Positions 17,091 to 26,171 of a stretch of 64,000 nt of DNA are shown in pieces; the stretch's first letter is position 1; every line of letters starts with the position of its first letter. The notes beneath the pieces were generated by a model that was not told the origin of the DNA, did not search any database, and saw nothing but the letters and a program-made list of their open reading frames with translations. Position numbers and translations under genes: made by a program. Source of the DNA: an uncultured bacterium (GTDB taxonomy: Bacteria; Methylomirabilota; Methylomirabilia; Methylomirabilales; CSP1-5); contig CAZLDS010000006.1 in the NCBI GenBank assembly GCA_964558395.1, positions 18,402 to 82,401 of the forward strand. The letters run 5' to 3'.

Positions 17091-17453
17091 CTGCCCCGCT
17101 CTGGCGGCACCCGGATGGCCGACCCGTGCGGGACTTCTCTCGGGCCTGGGGGGGGCTGTAAGCGAGGAGGGGTGGCCGGGCTATGGGTGCACGATCTCCG
17201 GCGTACCTTCGGCACCCGGGCGCTTGAAAGCGGGGTTGATCTGGTGACCATCCGTGATATTCTTGGGCATGCCAACCTCCGCACCACGGAGCGGTATCTG
17301 TGGCCGGAGGCGAAGCGGCAACGAGAGGCCAGCGAACGGGTGTCAGCGTGGATCGATCGGGCCGCAGCCTCCGGCAGATGGTTCTGTCGAGTCCATGCAA
17401 GTTGGCGAAATAGAAGCCATTTCAGGGATGACGGAAGAGTGAAGCCCAGGTAG
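17091..17453 (+). pseudogene. tyrosine recombinase (phage-integrase family) C-terminal remnant
   Basis: WVHDLRRTFGTRALESGVDLVTIRDILGHANLRTTERYL carries the R-H-R-Y catalytic-box residues. The upstream part LWRHPDGRPVRDFSRAWGG is in another frame, switching at the G8 run 17148-17155. The N-terminal two thirds are absent. Confidence 0.7.
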
Positions 17454-17497
17454 TTGGGAATTATCATGGCATGCCTCGGGCGTAAGGAGCAGGGACG

Positions 17498-18046
17498 GTG
17501 GTCTTCAATGTCCCTAATGGGTTGACGTTCCTTCGCTTAATTCTGGCGCCGTTGATCGTCGTGCTTCTCGTCAACGACGCACACACGTCGGCCCTGATCA
17601 TCTTTCTCCTGGCCGGCATCACGGATGGCCTTGACGGATACTTCGCCCGATCCTTGCGCGAGCGAACAGAGGTCGGGCGGGTCCTTGACCCGATCGCCGA
17701 CAAGATCCTTTTGTGCTCGACTCTCGTTACCTTAGGCTTCCTAGGTCATCTCCCCTTGTGGCTTGTTCTCATTGCCGTGGGCCGTGACGTCATTTTGGTC
17801 CTGGGGTCTTGCCTTCTCTATGCCGTGAGTGGCCGCCTCGGTTATCCGCCCTCAGCGATGGGAAAGCTTGCCACGCTGCTCCAGATCCTCACAGTTGTGG
17901 CGGCCATGATGGTTGGAGGCGGGGATCTCCTGCTGGTACTTCTCGTGTGGGGGACAGCAGCCGTGACCATCCTGTCTGGACTCGACTACATGTACCGGGG
18001 GGCAGTTGAGTTGATCTTCGGCTCGCGGAACGCCTCGCCTGCCTGA
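17498..18046 (+). CDS. CDP-alcohol phosphatidyltransferase family protein (second pgsA-like paralog)
   Basis: 182 aa. GITDGLDGYFAR..GRVLDPIADKIL motif. Multiple TM segments. GTG start. Confidence 0.75.
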   Translation: MVFNVPNGLTFLRLILAPLIVVLLVNDAHTSALIIFLLAGITDGLDGYFARSLRERTEVGRVLDPIADKILLCSTLVTLGFLGHLPLWLVLIAVGRDVILVLGSCLLYAVSGRLGYPPSAMGKLATLLQILTVVAAMMVGGGDLLLVLLVWGTAAVTILSGLDYMYRGAVELIFGSRNASPA

Positions 18047-18149
18047 CCTGCCGACAAAAAGCAGCCCCTTCGATCCGCTCTTTGCCTCGCCTGTCTGCTT
18101 TTGTCTTCGCGCAGGGGCCTCCCTGTCAGTGCCGGTCCTTTTCCTCTCG

Positions 18150-18178
18150 TTGCGTGCTTCTTGCCGATACAGTATGCT
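18150..18178 (+). promoter_or_regulatory. sigma70-like promoter upstream of der
   Basis: TTGCGT (18150-18155), 17-bp spacer, TATGCT (18173-18178). Confidence 0.4.
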
Positions 18179-18212
18179 TGTCGTGTGTTCGGGGGAAGGA
18201 TAATAGGAGCAT

Positions 18213-19571
18213 ATGGCGATGAAAAACTTGGCTACGGTTGCCATTGTCGGTCGTCCCAACGTTGGAAAATCGACGCTGTTTAACCGGCTGGTCGGCGGGC
18301 GCCGTGCCATCGTCGAGGCGACCCCAGGGATCACCAGGGATCGCAACTATGGAACCGTCGCGTGGCAGGGGCGGTCCTTCCTCCTCGTGGATACCGGTGG
18401 GTTTGAGCCGAAAAGGCCCACACCGATTGCTGAGCGGGTGGTTGAGCAAGCCCACTTGGCGATGGAGGACGCAGACCTTATTCTCTTTCTGGTAGACACG
18501 CGGGAAGGACTGACACCTTTGGATGAGGAGATTGCGCTGCTCCTTCGCCAGAGAACAGAGAAGCGGGTTCTCCTCGTCGCCAACAAAGTGGATACAGAGA
18601 AGAGGATTTCCCATGGTATGGAGTTTTACCGTCTAGGGTTTTCCAAAGTCGTGCCCATTTCGGCGGAGCATGGGACTGGAGTTGGAGAACTCCTGGATGA
18701 CGTGCTGGGGCTTCTTCCTACCCGGGAGGAAGAGCAAGCCCCGTTGGACGCTGTGACGATCGCCGTGGTGGGGCGGCCCAATGTAGGAAAGTCGTCACTG
18801 GTGAACCGGATCCTCGGTGAGCGCCGGCTCATCGTCAGTCCCGAGCCCGGCACGACTCGAGATGCCATCGATACGCCATTTACGTACCAAGGGCAACAGT
18901 ATGTTCTGGTGGACACCGCGGGAATCCGGGCCAAAAGGCGGATGAGCTATCGATTTGAGTACTACAGCGTCCTGCGGGCGATTAAGAGCGTCGAACGTTG
19001 CGATGTAGCCCTCGTGCTCCTCGATGCGACGAGTGATGTGGTGCGTCAGGACGCCCGCATCGCCGGCATTACCCACGAGGCAGGATGTGCCTCCATCCTG
19101 GTCATAAACAAATGGGACCTGGTAGAGAAGGAGACACGGGTGGCCGACCAGTACATCGTCCGCCTTCGAGAAAAACTGGGACATCTCGACTATGCCCCGG
19201 TCTTGTTCGTCTCGGCCCGCACTGGGCAGCGCGTCTTCAAGATCTTCGGCGCTGTAGAGCGTGTGTTGAAGGAGCGGAATCGCCGCATTCCGTCCAAGGA
19301 ACTCAACCGCTTTCTCGAGAAGGTTGTCACACAACACCCGCCCCCGTCGCCCAAGGGGCGGCAGATAAAGATTCGCTACGCGACCCAGCTGCGATGCCAG
19401 TCTCCTGTCTTTGCTCTCTTCACGAATGCCCCCAAAGGTATTTCCCCGTCCTATGGCCGGTACCTGGTGAATCGGTTTCGGGAGCACTACGGATTTGAAG
19501 GAAACCCGATCCGCCTGCGCTTTCGGGGAGGGCGTTCCCGCCGGGACGGCCACTGCAGGGGCCGACCTTGA
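18213..19571 (+). CDS. der: ribosome-associated GTPase Der (EngA), two tandem GTPase domains + KH-like domain
   Basis: 452 aa. GRPNVGKSTLFN and a second GRPNVGKSSLVN P-loop, DTGG / DTAG, NKVD / NKWD. Confidence 0.9.
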   Translation: MAMKNLATVAIVGRPNVGKSTLFNRLVGGRRAIVEATPGITRDRNYGTVAWQGRSFLLVDTGGFEPKRPTPIAERVVEQAHLAMEDADLILFLVDTREGLTPLDEEIALLLRQRTEKRVLLVANKVDTEKRISHGMEFYRLGFSKVVPISAEHGTGVGELLDDVLGLLPTREEEQAPLDAVTIAVVGRPNVGKSSLVNRILGERRLIVSPEPGTTRDAIDTPFTYQGQQYVLVDTAGIRAKRRMSYRFEYYSVLRAIKSVERCDVALVLLDATSDVVRQDARIAGITHEAGCASILVINKWDLVEKETRVADQYIVRLREKLGHLDYAPVLFVSARTGQRVFKIFGAVERVLKERNRRIPSKELNRFLEKVVTQHPPPSPKGRQIKIRYATQLRCQSPVFALFTNAPKGISPSYGRYLVNRFREHYGFEGNPIRLRFRGGRSRRDGHCRGRP

Positions 19572-19596
19572 CAGGTGCACCGCGTCATGGTATATC
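19568..19596 (+). promoter_or_regulatory. sigma70-like promoter overlapping the der stop codon, facing the sdh operon
   Basis: TTGACA (19568-19573), 17-bp spacer, TATATC (19591-19596). Would give a roughly 235-nt leader before sdhC. Confidence 0.45.
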
Positions 19597-19702
19597 CATG
19601 TGGAAATTCTGCCGTATAAATCCCCAAGTGGCACTGCTCGTTCAATGAACAGTCCACGTTTCTTTTCTTAATCCGTCACGAATAAGTGAGAAGGAGGGCG
19701 TC

Positions 19703-19852
19703 GTGGGTAAGGCACTGACGGGTCGTCGGATTCAGTCCAGAGGTGGCCAACTCTACGTCCGCGACGACCCCATGGTTCGCGAACTGCTGGATAGGTTGAA
19801 TCTGTGTACCATCCCTCGTTGCGCGAGGAAAAGGCATGGCATTCTTTCTTGA
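19703..19852 (+). CDS. possible small upstream ORF (49 codons) overlapping the sdhC start
   Basis: GTG at 19703 with GGAGG ending 5 nt upstream. Translation VGKALTGRRIQSRGGQLYVRDDPMVRELLDRLNLCTIPRCARKRHGILS. The TGA at 19850-19852 overlaps the sdhC ATG (19836) by 17 nt. Too short for the ORF track. Confidence 0.3.
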   Translation: MGKALTGRRIQSRGGQLYVRDDPMVRELLDRLNLCTIPRCARKRHGILS

Positions 19853-20513
19853 GTTTTATCGGTCCGCCGTGGGGAAGAAAGTTGTCATGGCGGTGACCGG
19901 CATCGTGCTTTACGGGTACGTCCTGGTGCACATGTTGGGGAACTTGAAACTCTACCTGGGCAGGGAGAGTCTGAACCACTACGCGGAGTTCCTCAGGGTC
20001 ATGGGCGAACCCTTTTTCCCGCACGGCACGGTGCTCTGGATCGCTCGGTTTATTTTGCTGATTTCGGTCGGCTTGCATATCCTCGCTGCTGTCCAGCTGA
20101 CCTGGATGAATTGGCAGGCCAGGCCAACGGGTTACGAGGAGAAACAATTCGTTGCAGCGACGTATGCCTCGCGCACCATGCGCTGGGGCGGGGTGATCAT
20201 CGGGCTGTTCATCATATACCACCTGTTGGACCTGACGTGGGGGACGGCAAACCCGAGTTTCGTCCCGAATGATGTCTATCACAACGTCGTGGCGAGCTTC
20301 CGGGTGTGGTGGGTTGCAGCCTTTTACATCCTGACGCAGGTGTTCCTCGGTCTTCACCTCTATCACGGCCTCTGGAGCCTTTTCCAATCCCTGGGCTGGA
20401 ACCACCCCAAATTCAACAGTTGGCGCCGCAATTTCGCGATCGCCTTCGCGTGGATTATTGCGGTCGGGAACATTTCTTTCCCGCTGGCGGTGCTGACCGG
20501 CTGGGTATTTTAG
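19836..20513 (+). CDS. sdhC: succinate dehydrogenase / fumarate reductase cytochrome b subunit (single large membrane anchor)
   Basis: 225 aa. About five hydrophobic helices with conserved His residues (YVLVHMLGNLK, GLHILAA, GLHLYHGLWS). Directly precedes sdhA. Confidence 0.75.
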   Translation: MAFFLEFYRSAVGKKVVMAVTGIVLYGYVLVHMLGNLKLYLGRESLNHYAEFLRVMGEPFFPHGTVLWIARFILLISVGLHILAAVQLTWMNWQARPTGYEEKQFVAATYASRTMRWGGVIIGLFIIYHLLDLTWGTANPSFVPNDVYHNVVASFRVWWVAAFYILTQVFLGLHLYHGLWSLFQSLGWNHPKFNSWRRNFAIAFAWIIAVGNISFPLAVLTGWVF

Positions 20514-20526
20514 GGGGTAGCTCAAT

Positions 20527-22443
20527 ATGGAGCTGAATGCCAGAATCCCTGCTGGGGTCCTCAAGGACAAGTGGAAAAATCACGAGTTTGCACTGAAGCT
20601 GGTCAGTCCGGCAAACAAACCGAAATTCAGGGTGATCGTGGTGGGTTCGGGGCTGGCGGGGGGGGCTGCGGCCGCTACCCTGGCCGAACTCGGATATAAC
20701 GTCGACTGCTTCTGCTACCAAGACACACCACGGCGAGCCCACAGCATCGCGGCCCAGGGCGGGATCAATGCGCCCAAGAACTATCGGAACGACGGCGACA
20801 GTATCGAGCGGCTCTTTTACGACACCATCAAGGGGGGCGATTTTCGCTCGCGGGAAGCAAACGTCTATCGCCTGGCCCAGCTGAGTCTCAATCTCATCGA
20901 CCAGTGCGTGGCGCAGGGAGTTCCCTTTGCGCGAGAGTATAGTGGTCTCCTCACGACGCGGTCCTTTGGAGGAGCGCAGGTGGCTCGAACCTTTTACGCG
21001 CAGGGTCAGACGGGCCAGCAGTTGCTGCTCGGGGTCTACCAGGCGCTTTCTCGGCAGATTGCCCTCGGCAAGGTCAAGATGTACTCGCGGACCGAGATGC
21101 TGGACCTGGTCGTGGTGGACGGGCACGCACGGGGCATCGTGACTCGCGACATGGGCACGGGTACAATCCGGTCGCACGCCGCGGATGCGGTCGTGCTGGC
21201 CACGGGTGGCTACAGCAACGTTTTCTTCCTGTCCACGAACGCCATGGGCTGCAACGTCACCGCTATCTGGCGCGCCCACCGTCGAGGGGCGTTTTTCGCG
21301 AATCCGTGCTTTACCCAGATCCATCCGACCAGCATTCCTCCGAGCGAGGAGTACCAGTCCAAGCTCACCCTGATGAGTGAATCGCTGCGGAACGACGGCC
21401 GTATCTGGGTTCCGAAGCACAAAGGAGACAACCGCCCCCCAACCCAGATTCCGGAAGAAGAGCGCGACTACTTTCTTGAGCGCAAGTACCCGGCTTTTGG
21501 AAACCTGACACCACGCGACGTCGCGTCACGGAACGCCAAGGAGGTCGTGGACGAGGGACGGGGCGTGGGACCGACCGGGATCGGCGTCTACCTCGATCTC
21601 ACGGATGCGATTCGACGCCTCGGAGGCAAAGTCATCGAGGAACGCTACGGCAACCTGTTAGATATGTATGAAAAAATCACCGGGGAGAACCCCCGCGAAC
21701 TTCCGATGCGGATCTACCCGGCGCCGCATTACACGATGGGTGGACTGTGGGTCGATTACAATCTGATGAGTACGATCCCCGGAGTCTACGTGATTGGCGA
21801 GGCGAACTTCTCTGATCACGGAGCCAACCGGCTGGGGGCCAGTGCCCTCATGCAGTGTCTGGCGGATGGATACTTTATCCTTCCCGTCACCATCGGCGAC
21901 TACCTCGCGCGATTTCTCGGCCAACCCAAAGTTGATATTGACCATCCGGTGTTCAAACAGGTGGAGTCCGAGGTCGCCGACCGGATCCGGCGCCTCCTGG
22001 CGGTTCAAGGCACGCGGACGGTGGATTCCTTCCATCGAGAGCTGGGCCGCATCTGTTGGGAGTACTGCGGCATGTCGCGCAGTGCAGAGCGGCTCAAGAA
22101 AGCCCTGGACCTATTGCTGGCCTTACGCGAAGAGTTTTGGAGGAACGTGAAGGTCATTGGTGGGAATGAGGAATTGAACCAATCATTGGAGAAGGCGGGA
22201 CGGGTGGCCGATTTCTTTGAACTCGCCGAGGCGATGGTCCACGACGCGCTCCACAGAAAAGAATCATGCGGGACGCACTTCCGGGTCGAGTTCCAGACAC
22301 CGGAGGGGGAGGCGCGACGTGACGACGACCACTTCGCATATGTGGCAGCGTGGGAATTTAAGGGAATTGGCGAGGCGCCAGTCCTCCACCGGGAGCCGTT
22401 GAACTTCGAGAGGGTCCAATTGGCCCACAGGAGCTACAAGTAG
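20527..22443 (+). CDS. sdhA: succinate dehydrogenase / fumarate reductase flavoprotein subunit
   Basis: 638 aa. FAD fold [27 protein letters not shown] (covalent FAD His), [17 protein letters not shown]. Confidence 0.9.
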   Translation: MELNARIPAGVLKDKWKNHEFALKLVSPANKPKFRVIVVGSGLAGGAAAATLAELGYNVDCFCYQDTPRRAHSIAAQGGINAPKNYRNDGDSIERLFYDTIKGGDFRSREANVYRLAQLSLNLIDQCVAQGVPFAREYSGLLTTRSFGGAQVARTFYAQGQTGQQLLLGVYQALSRQIALGKVKMYSRTEMLDLVVVDGHARGIVTRDMGTGTIRSHAADAVVLATGGYSNVFFLSTNAMGCNVTAIWRAHRRGAFFANPCFTQIHPTSIPPSEEYQSKLTLMSESLRNDGRIWVPKHKGDNRPPTQIPEEERDYFLERKYPAFGNLTPRDVASRNAKEVVDEGRGVGPTGIGVYLDLTDAIRRLGGKVIEERYGNLLDMYEKITGENPRELPMRIYPAPHYTMGGLWVDYNLMSTIPGVYVIGEANFSDHGANRLGASALMQCLADGYFILPVTIGDYLARFLGQPKVDIDHPVFKQVESEVADRIRRLLAVQGTRTVDSFHRELGRICWEYCGMSRSAERLKKALDLLLALREEFWRNVKVIGGNEELNQSLEKAGRVADFFELAEAMVHDALHRKESCGTHFRVEFQTPEGEARRDDDHFAYVAAWEFKGIGEAPVLHREPLNFERVQLAHRSYK

Positions 22444-23207
22444 TGAATTTCACACTACGGATTTGGCGCCAGTCAAACGCGCGTGCACAGGGACGGATCG
22501 TCAGGTACGAAGTGACGGACATCAGTCCGGACATCTCGTTTCTGGACATGCTGGATGTCCTCAACGAGCGACTCATCGAAAAAGGCGAAGACCCTGTCGC
22601 CTTCGATCACGATTGTCGCGAGGGGATATGTGGGACCTGCGGAATCATTATTAACGGAAGGGCCCACGGACCTCTCCCCCGCACGACCGCCTGCCAGCTG
22701 CATATGCGGGTCTTCAACGACGGCGAAACGATCACGATCGAACCCTGGCGCGCGAAAGCGTTTCCGGTTCTCAAGGACCTCATCGTGGACCGCAGTGCCT
22801 TCGACCGAATTATCCAAGCCGGAGGTTTCATCTCGGTAGACACGGGGAGTGCTCCCGAAGCGAACGAGATTCTGATTCCGAAGGCAGTCGCCGACCTTGC
22901 CTTTGATTCCGCCGCGTGCATCGGGTGCGGTGCTTGCGTAGCCCAGTGTCCGAACGGGGCGGCCCAGCTTTTCACCGCGGCGAAGATTTCCCACCTCGGG
23001 CTCCTCCCACAAGGACAGTCCGAGCGGGGGCAGCGAGCTATGCAGATGGTCGCCAGAATGGAAGAGGAGAAATTTGGGAGCTGCACCAATTATGGAGAGT
23101 GTGAAGCTGTCTGCCCGAAGGGGATCAGCATCGATTTTATTGCGCGGATGAATCGGGATTACCTAAAGGCCAAATTGTTCAGTCGAAATGGATCAGGACG
23201 GGGATAG
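22443..23207 (+). CDS. sdhB: succinate dehydrogenase / fumarate reductase iron-sulfur subunit
   Basis: 254 aa. [34 protein letters not shown] cluster motifs. GTG start overlaps the sdhA stop by 1 nt. Confidence 0.9.
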   Translation: MNFTLRIWRQSNARAQGRIVRYEVTDISPDISFLDMLDVLNERLIEKGEDPVAFDHDCREGICGTCGIIINGRAHGPLPRTTACQLHMRVFNDGETITIEPWRAKAFPVLKDLIVDRSAFDRIIQAGGFISVDTGSAPEANEILIPKAVADLAFDSAACIGCGACVAQCPNGAAQLFTAAKISHLGLLPQGQSERGQRAMQMVARMEEEKFGSCTNYGECEAVCPKGISIDFIARMNRDYLKAKLFSRNGSGRG

Positions 23208-23246
23208 ACCTTTTCCTGGTGCTGACCGCCGACTGCGGGTCGCTCA

Positions 23247-24419
23247 ATGAAGATTCACGAGTTTCAGGCAAAGACAGTCCTCGCCGAGTTCGGCGTGCCG
23301 GTGCCGCGGGGCCGCGTGGCCGGAACGCCTGGCGAGGCCGGCGACATCGCACGAGAGCTCGGCGGGACCGTGGTGGTCAAGGCACAGATCCATGCCGGCG
23401 GCCGAGGCAAGGGGGGCGGTGTGAAGCTCGCGAAGTCTCCGGAGGAGGCGACGCAGGTTGCATCTCACATTCTGGGGATGATGCTCAAAACACATCAGAC
23501 TGGGCCGGAAGGCCAGCGGGTGAAGCGCGTGCTGGTCGAGGAGGCCATGGATATCCGCCAGGAGCTATACCTCGGGATCGTGATTGACCGCTCGGTCGAC
23601 CTGCCAGTAATTATGGCTTCCAGCGCCGGGGGGATGGACATTGAAGAGGTAGCCCGGACCCGACCAGAGGCTATCACAAAGGTCCATGTGGACCCGGCCG
23701 CAGGTGTTCAGGGTTACCACACCCGCAAGTTGGGGTTTGGGCTTGGCCTCATGGGGGAGACGCTCAAGGGGATGGGCGATTTCGTGATCAAGCTCTACCA
23801 CGCCTTTGAGGCCAAAGACTGCTCCCTGGCCGAGATTAACCCGCTGGTAATTACGGGCGATGGCCGCCTGCTCGCCTTGGATGCGAAAATGACTTTCGAC
23901 GACAACGCGATCTCCCGGCACCCGACAGTGCTGGCACTTCGGGATGTAGACGAGGAGTCACCCCTGGAGGTGGAGGCATCAAAACACAATCTGAGCTACA
24001 TCAAGCTGGATGGGAACGTTGGGTGTATGGTCAACGGGGCTGGTCTGGCAATGGCCACCATGGACATCATCAAGTTGGCTGGGGGCGAACCAGCCAACTT
24101 TCTGGATGTCGGGGGTGGCGCCAGCGCCGAGCAGATCGAGAACGCCTTCCGTATCCTCATCTCGGACCGGAATGTCAAGGTTGTCCTGATCAACATCTTC
24201 GGCGGGATCCTGCGGTGTGACCGATTGGCAGAGGGGGTCATCAAAGCCGTCAGGACCCTCGGTGTCACCCTCCCCATCGTGATACGGATGGAGGGGACTA
24301 ACGTGGAGATCGGGAGGCAAATGCTCAAGGAGTCCGGGTTGAACTTTGCAAATGCGGAAACCATGGCTGATGCCGCGGCGTTGGCCGCCCAAGCCGCCAA
24401 AGGAGTTGAGGGTTCGTAG
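23247..24419 (+). CDS. sucC: succinyl-CoA synthetase beta subunit
   Basis: 390 aa. MKIHEFQAKTVLAEFGVPVP, VVKAQIHAGGRGKGGGVK, NIFGGILRCD. Confidence 0.92.
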   Translation: MKIHEFQAKTVLAEFGVPVPRGRVAGTPGEAGDIARELGGTVVVKAQIHAGGRGKGGGVKLAKSPEEATQVASHILGMMLKTHQTGPEGQRVKRVLVEEAMDIRQELYLGIVIDRSVDLPVIMASSAGGMDIEEVARTRPEAITKVHVDPAAGVQGYHTRKLGFGLGLMGETLKGMGDFVIKLYHAFEAKDCSLAEINPLVITGDGRLLALDAKMTFDDNAISRHPTVLALRDVDEESPLEVEASKHNLSYIKLDGNVGCMVNGAGLAMATMDIIKLAGGEPANFLDVGGGASAEQIENAFRILISDRNVKVVLINIFGGILRCDRLAEGVIKAVRTLGVTLPIVIRMEGTNVEIGRQMLKESGLNFANAETMADAAALAAQAAKGVEGS

Positions 24420-24491
24420 TTCAGGGTTCAGGACAGAAATGTCAGCGGATGTTTTTCCATGAACCATACACCATGAACGAGAAAGTGGGGC

Positions 24492-25367
24492 ATGAGTATT
24501 TTCGTCGATGAGCAGACGCGGGTTGTCGTGCAGGGAATTACGGGGAGAGAGGGGAGTTTCCACGCCAAAGGGTGTCTGGAATATGGGACCAAGGTGGTAG
24601 CGGGAGTCACTCCTGGGAAAGGAGGGATACTCCACGACGGAATTCCCGTCTTCAATACGGTTGCGCATGCGGTTACGGAGGCCGCTGTTAATACCTCCCT
24701 GATATTTGTGCCGCCTGCATTTGCCGGTGACGCCATTCTCGAGGCGGCTGATGCGGGCATCGGGCTGATCGTGTGTATTACTGAAGGCATTCCCGCATTG
24801 GATATGGTAAGGGTCTCACGCGTTTTGCAGGGGCAACCCTCACGTTTGATCGGCCCGAACTGTCCGGGCGTGATCTCCCCCGGCAAGGCCAAAGTAGGGA
24901 TCATGCCCGGCCACATCCACATGCCAGGGCCAGTCGGCGTGGTCTCCCGGAGTGGCACCCTGACTTATGAGGCCGTCGGACAGCTGACGCAGCGCGGAAT
25001 CGGACAATCGACGTGTGTCGGGATTGGGGGCGATCCGATCATTGGAACAAGCTTTGTCGACTGCCTGGACCTTTTCGAAAAGGATTCAGGGACCGAAGCG
25101 ATTCTTCTCATTGGAGAGATTGGGGGAACTGCCGAGGAAGATGGGGCGGCGTTCGCCAAAGCCCACATGAAAAAGCCGGTCGTCGGGTATGTGGCGGGTA
25201 TGACGGCCCCGCCGGGGCGACGAATGGGACATGCCGGGGCGATCATCGCGGGGGGCAAGGGGACGGCGGCTGAAAAGGTGAGGGCGATGGACGCGGCGGG
25301 GATGCACGTGTGTCGGTCCCCGGCGGAGATGGGGATGAACGTCGAAAGCGTCCTTCGGCGTCGCTAG
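24492..25367 (+). CDS. sucD: succinyl-CoA synthetase alpha subunit
   Basis: 291 aa. [37 protein letters not shown] (phosphohistidine loop). Confidence 0.92.
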   Translation: MSIFVDEQTRVVVQGITGREGSFHAKGCLEYGTKVVAGVTPGKGGILHDGIPVFNTVAHAVTEAAVNTSLIFVPPAFAGDAILEAADAGIGLIVCITEGIPALDMVRVSRVLQGQPSRLIGPNCPGVISPGKAKVGIMPGHIHMPGPVGVVSRSGTLTYEAVGQLTQRGIGQSTCVGIGGDPIIGTSFVDCLDLFEKDSGTEAILLIGEIGGTAEEDGAAFAKAHMKKPVVGYVAGMTAPPGRRMGHAGAIIAGGKGTAAEKVRAMDAAGMHVCRSPAEMGMNVESVLRRR

Positions 25368-25449
25368 TCCTTTGTGTACAGGTTCGGCGATAAACCAACC
25401 CCTCAGGATTCAGTACTGAGTGAGAACATATCATGTATTCTTGGATAGG

Positions 25450-25481
25450 ATTCGCAGGAATACGTGATCGTATTTGCGAAT
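25450..25481. other. 13-bp imperfect palindrome / hairpin in the sucD-ndk spacer
   Basis: ATTCGCA-GG-AATACG TGAT CGTATT-TGCGAAT. Outer stem 7 bp and inner stem 6 bp with a 2-nt bulge. No T-run follows. Confidence 0.5.
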
Positions 25482-25547
25482 CGAAGCACTTGTCAGGTAA
25501 GAGATGTCGTGGGGCTCAGCCGTGAAGGTTGCGACGCTCCCGGATGA

Positions 25548-25578
25548 GGCCACCTGCGCCCCAGGTGGTCTTTGTTTC
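25548..25578 (+). terminator. rho-independent terminator-like hairpin just upstream of ndk
   Basis: CCACCTG (25550-25556) / CAGGTGG (25562-25568), 5-nt loop, followed by TCTTTGTTTC. Ends 17 nt before the ndk ATG. Confidence 0.45.
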
Positions 25579-25594
25579 ACAAGGGGGGGCAGGC

Positions 25595-26038
25595 ATGCAG
25601 CGCACATTGGCTATTGTAAAGCCGGACGCCGTGGCCCGCGGTAAGATCGGCGAAATCATCCGCCGTTTCGAGGAGGCAGGGATCCGTGTCTCGGGCCTCC
25701 GCATGATCCGTCTCGAGAAAAATGAGGCGGCAAAATTTTACCATGTCCACCGGGAACGTCCTTTTTTCGAAAGCTTGATCACCTTTATGAGCTCCGGCCC
25801 CTCAGTGGTTATGGTCTTGGAAGGGGACGCAGTTATTGAGACCGTACGCGCCATCATGGGGGCGACGGACCCAGCCCAAGCGGGTCCGGGGAGCATTCGG
25901 CGAGACCTCGGTACGAGTATTGAACACAACGCCGTCCACGGCTCCGACTCGGCAGAGTCTGCTGCCTTCGAGGTACCCTATTTCTTCACAGAGGGTGAGA
26001 CTTTTGATTACATTCGAGTGGATCGTTCTGCTGACTAG
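25595..26038 (+). CDS. ndk: nucleoside diphosphate kinase
   Basis: Listed ORF begins at 25529, but the canonical N-terminus MQRTLAIVKPDAV starts at 25595, preceded by a G-rich SD. NAVHGSDS active-site motif. Confidence 0.9.
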   Translation: MQRTLAIVKPDAVARGKIGEIIRRFEEAGIRVSGLRMIRLEKNEAAKFYHVHRERPFFESLITFMSSGPSVVMVLEGDAVIETVRAIMGATDPAQAGPGSIRRDLGTSIEHNAVHGSDSAESAAFEVPYFFTEGETFDYIRVDRSAD

Positions 26039-26115
26039 ACCACCAAGCTAAGGCGGGGCACGATGTGGAATGCTGTTCCATTGCGGGTTTATCCACCAAT
26101 TGGTCCGGTTTTTGC

Positions 26116-26144
26116 TTGACATCCCGAGGTCCCCTCAGTATAAT
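26116..26144 (+). promoter_or_regulatory. consensus sigma70 promoter for the yceD-rpmF-plsX-fab operon
   Basis: TTGACA (26116-26121), 17-bp spacer, TATAAT (26139-26144), both at full consensus. Confidence 0.7.
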
Positions 26145-26171
26145 CCGCCAACTTTCGTAAGGTGGGGTTGA

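Larger units (their letters stand above)
12473..17497. mobile_element. degraded integrated genomic island (recombinase remnant at right edge, several broken genes)
   Basis: Bounded by core genes hflX and the pgsA-like gene. Composition is visibly AT-richer around 15.06-16.55 kb. Contains a tyrosine recombinase C-terminal fragment, a nonsense mutation and homopolymer frameshifts, and orphan genes. Confidence 0.5.
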
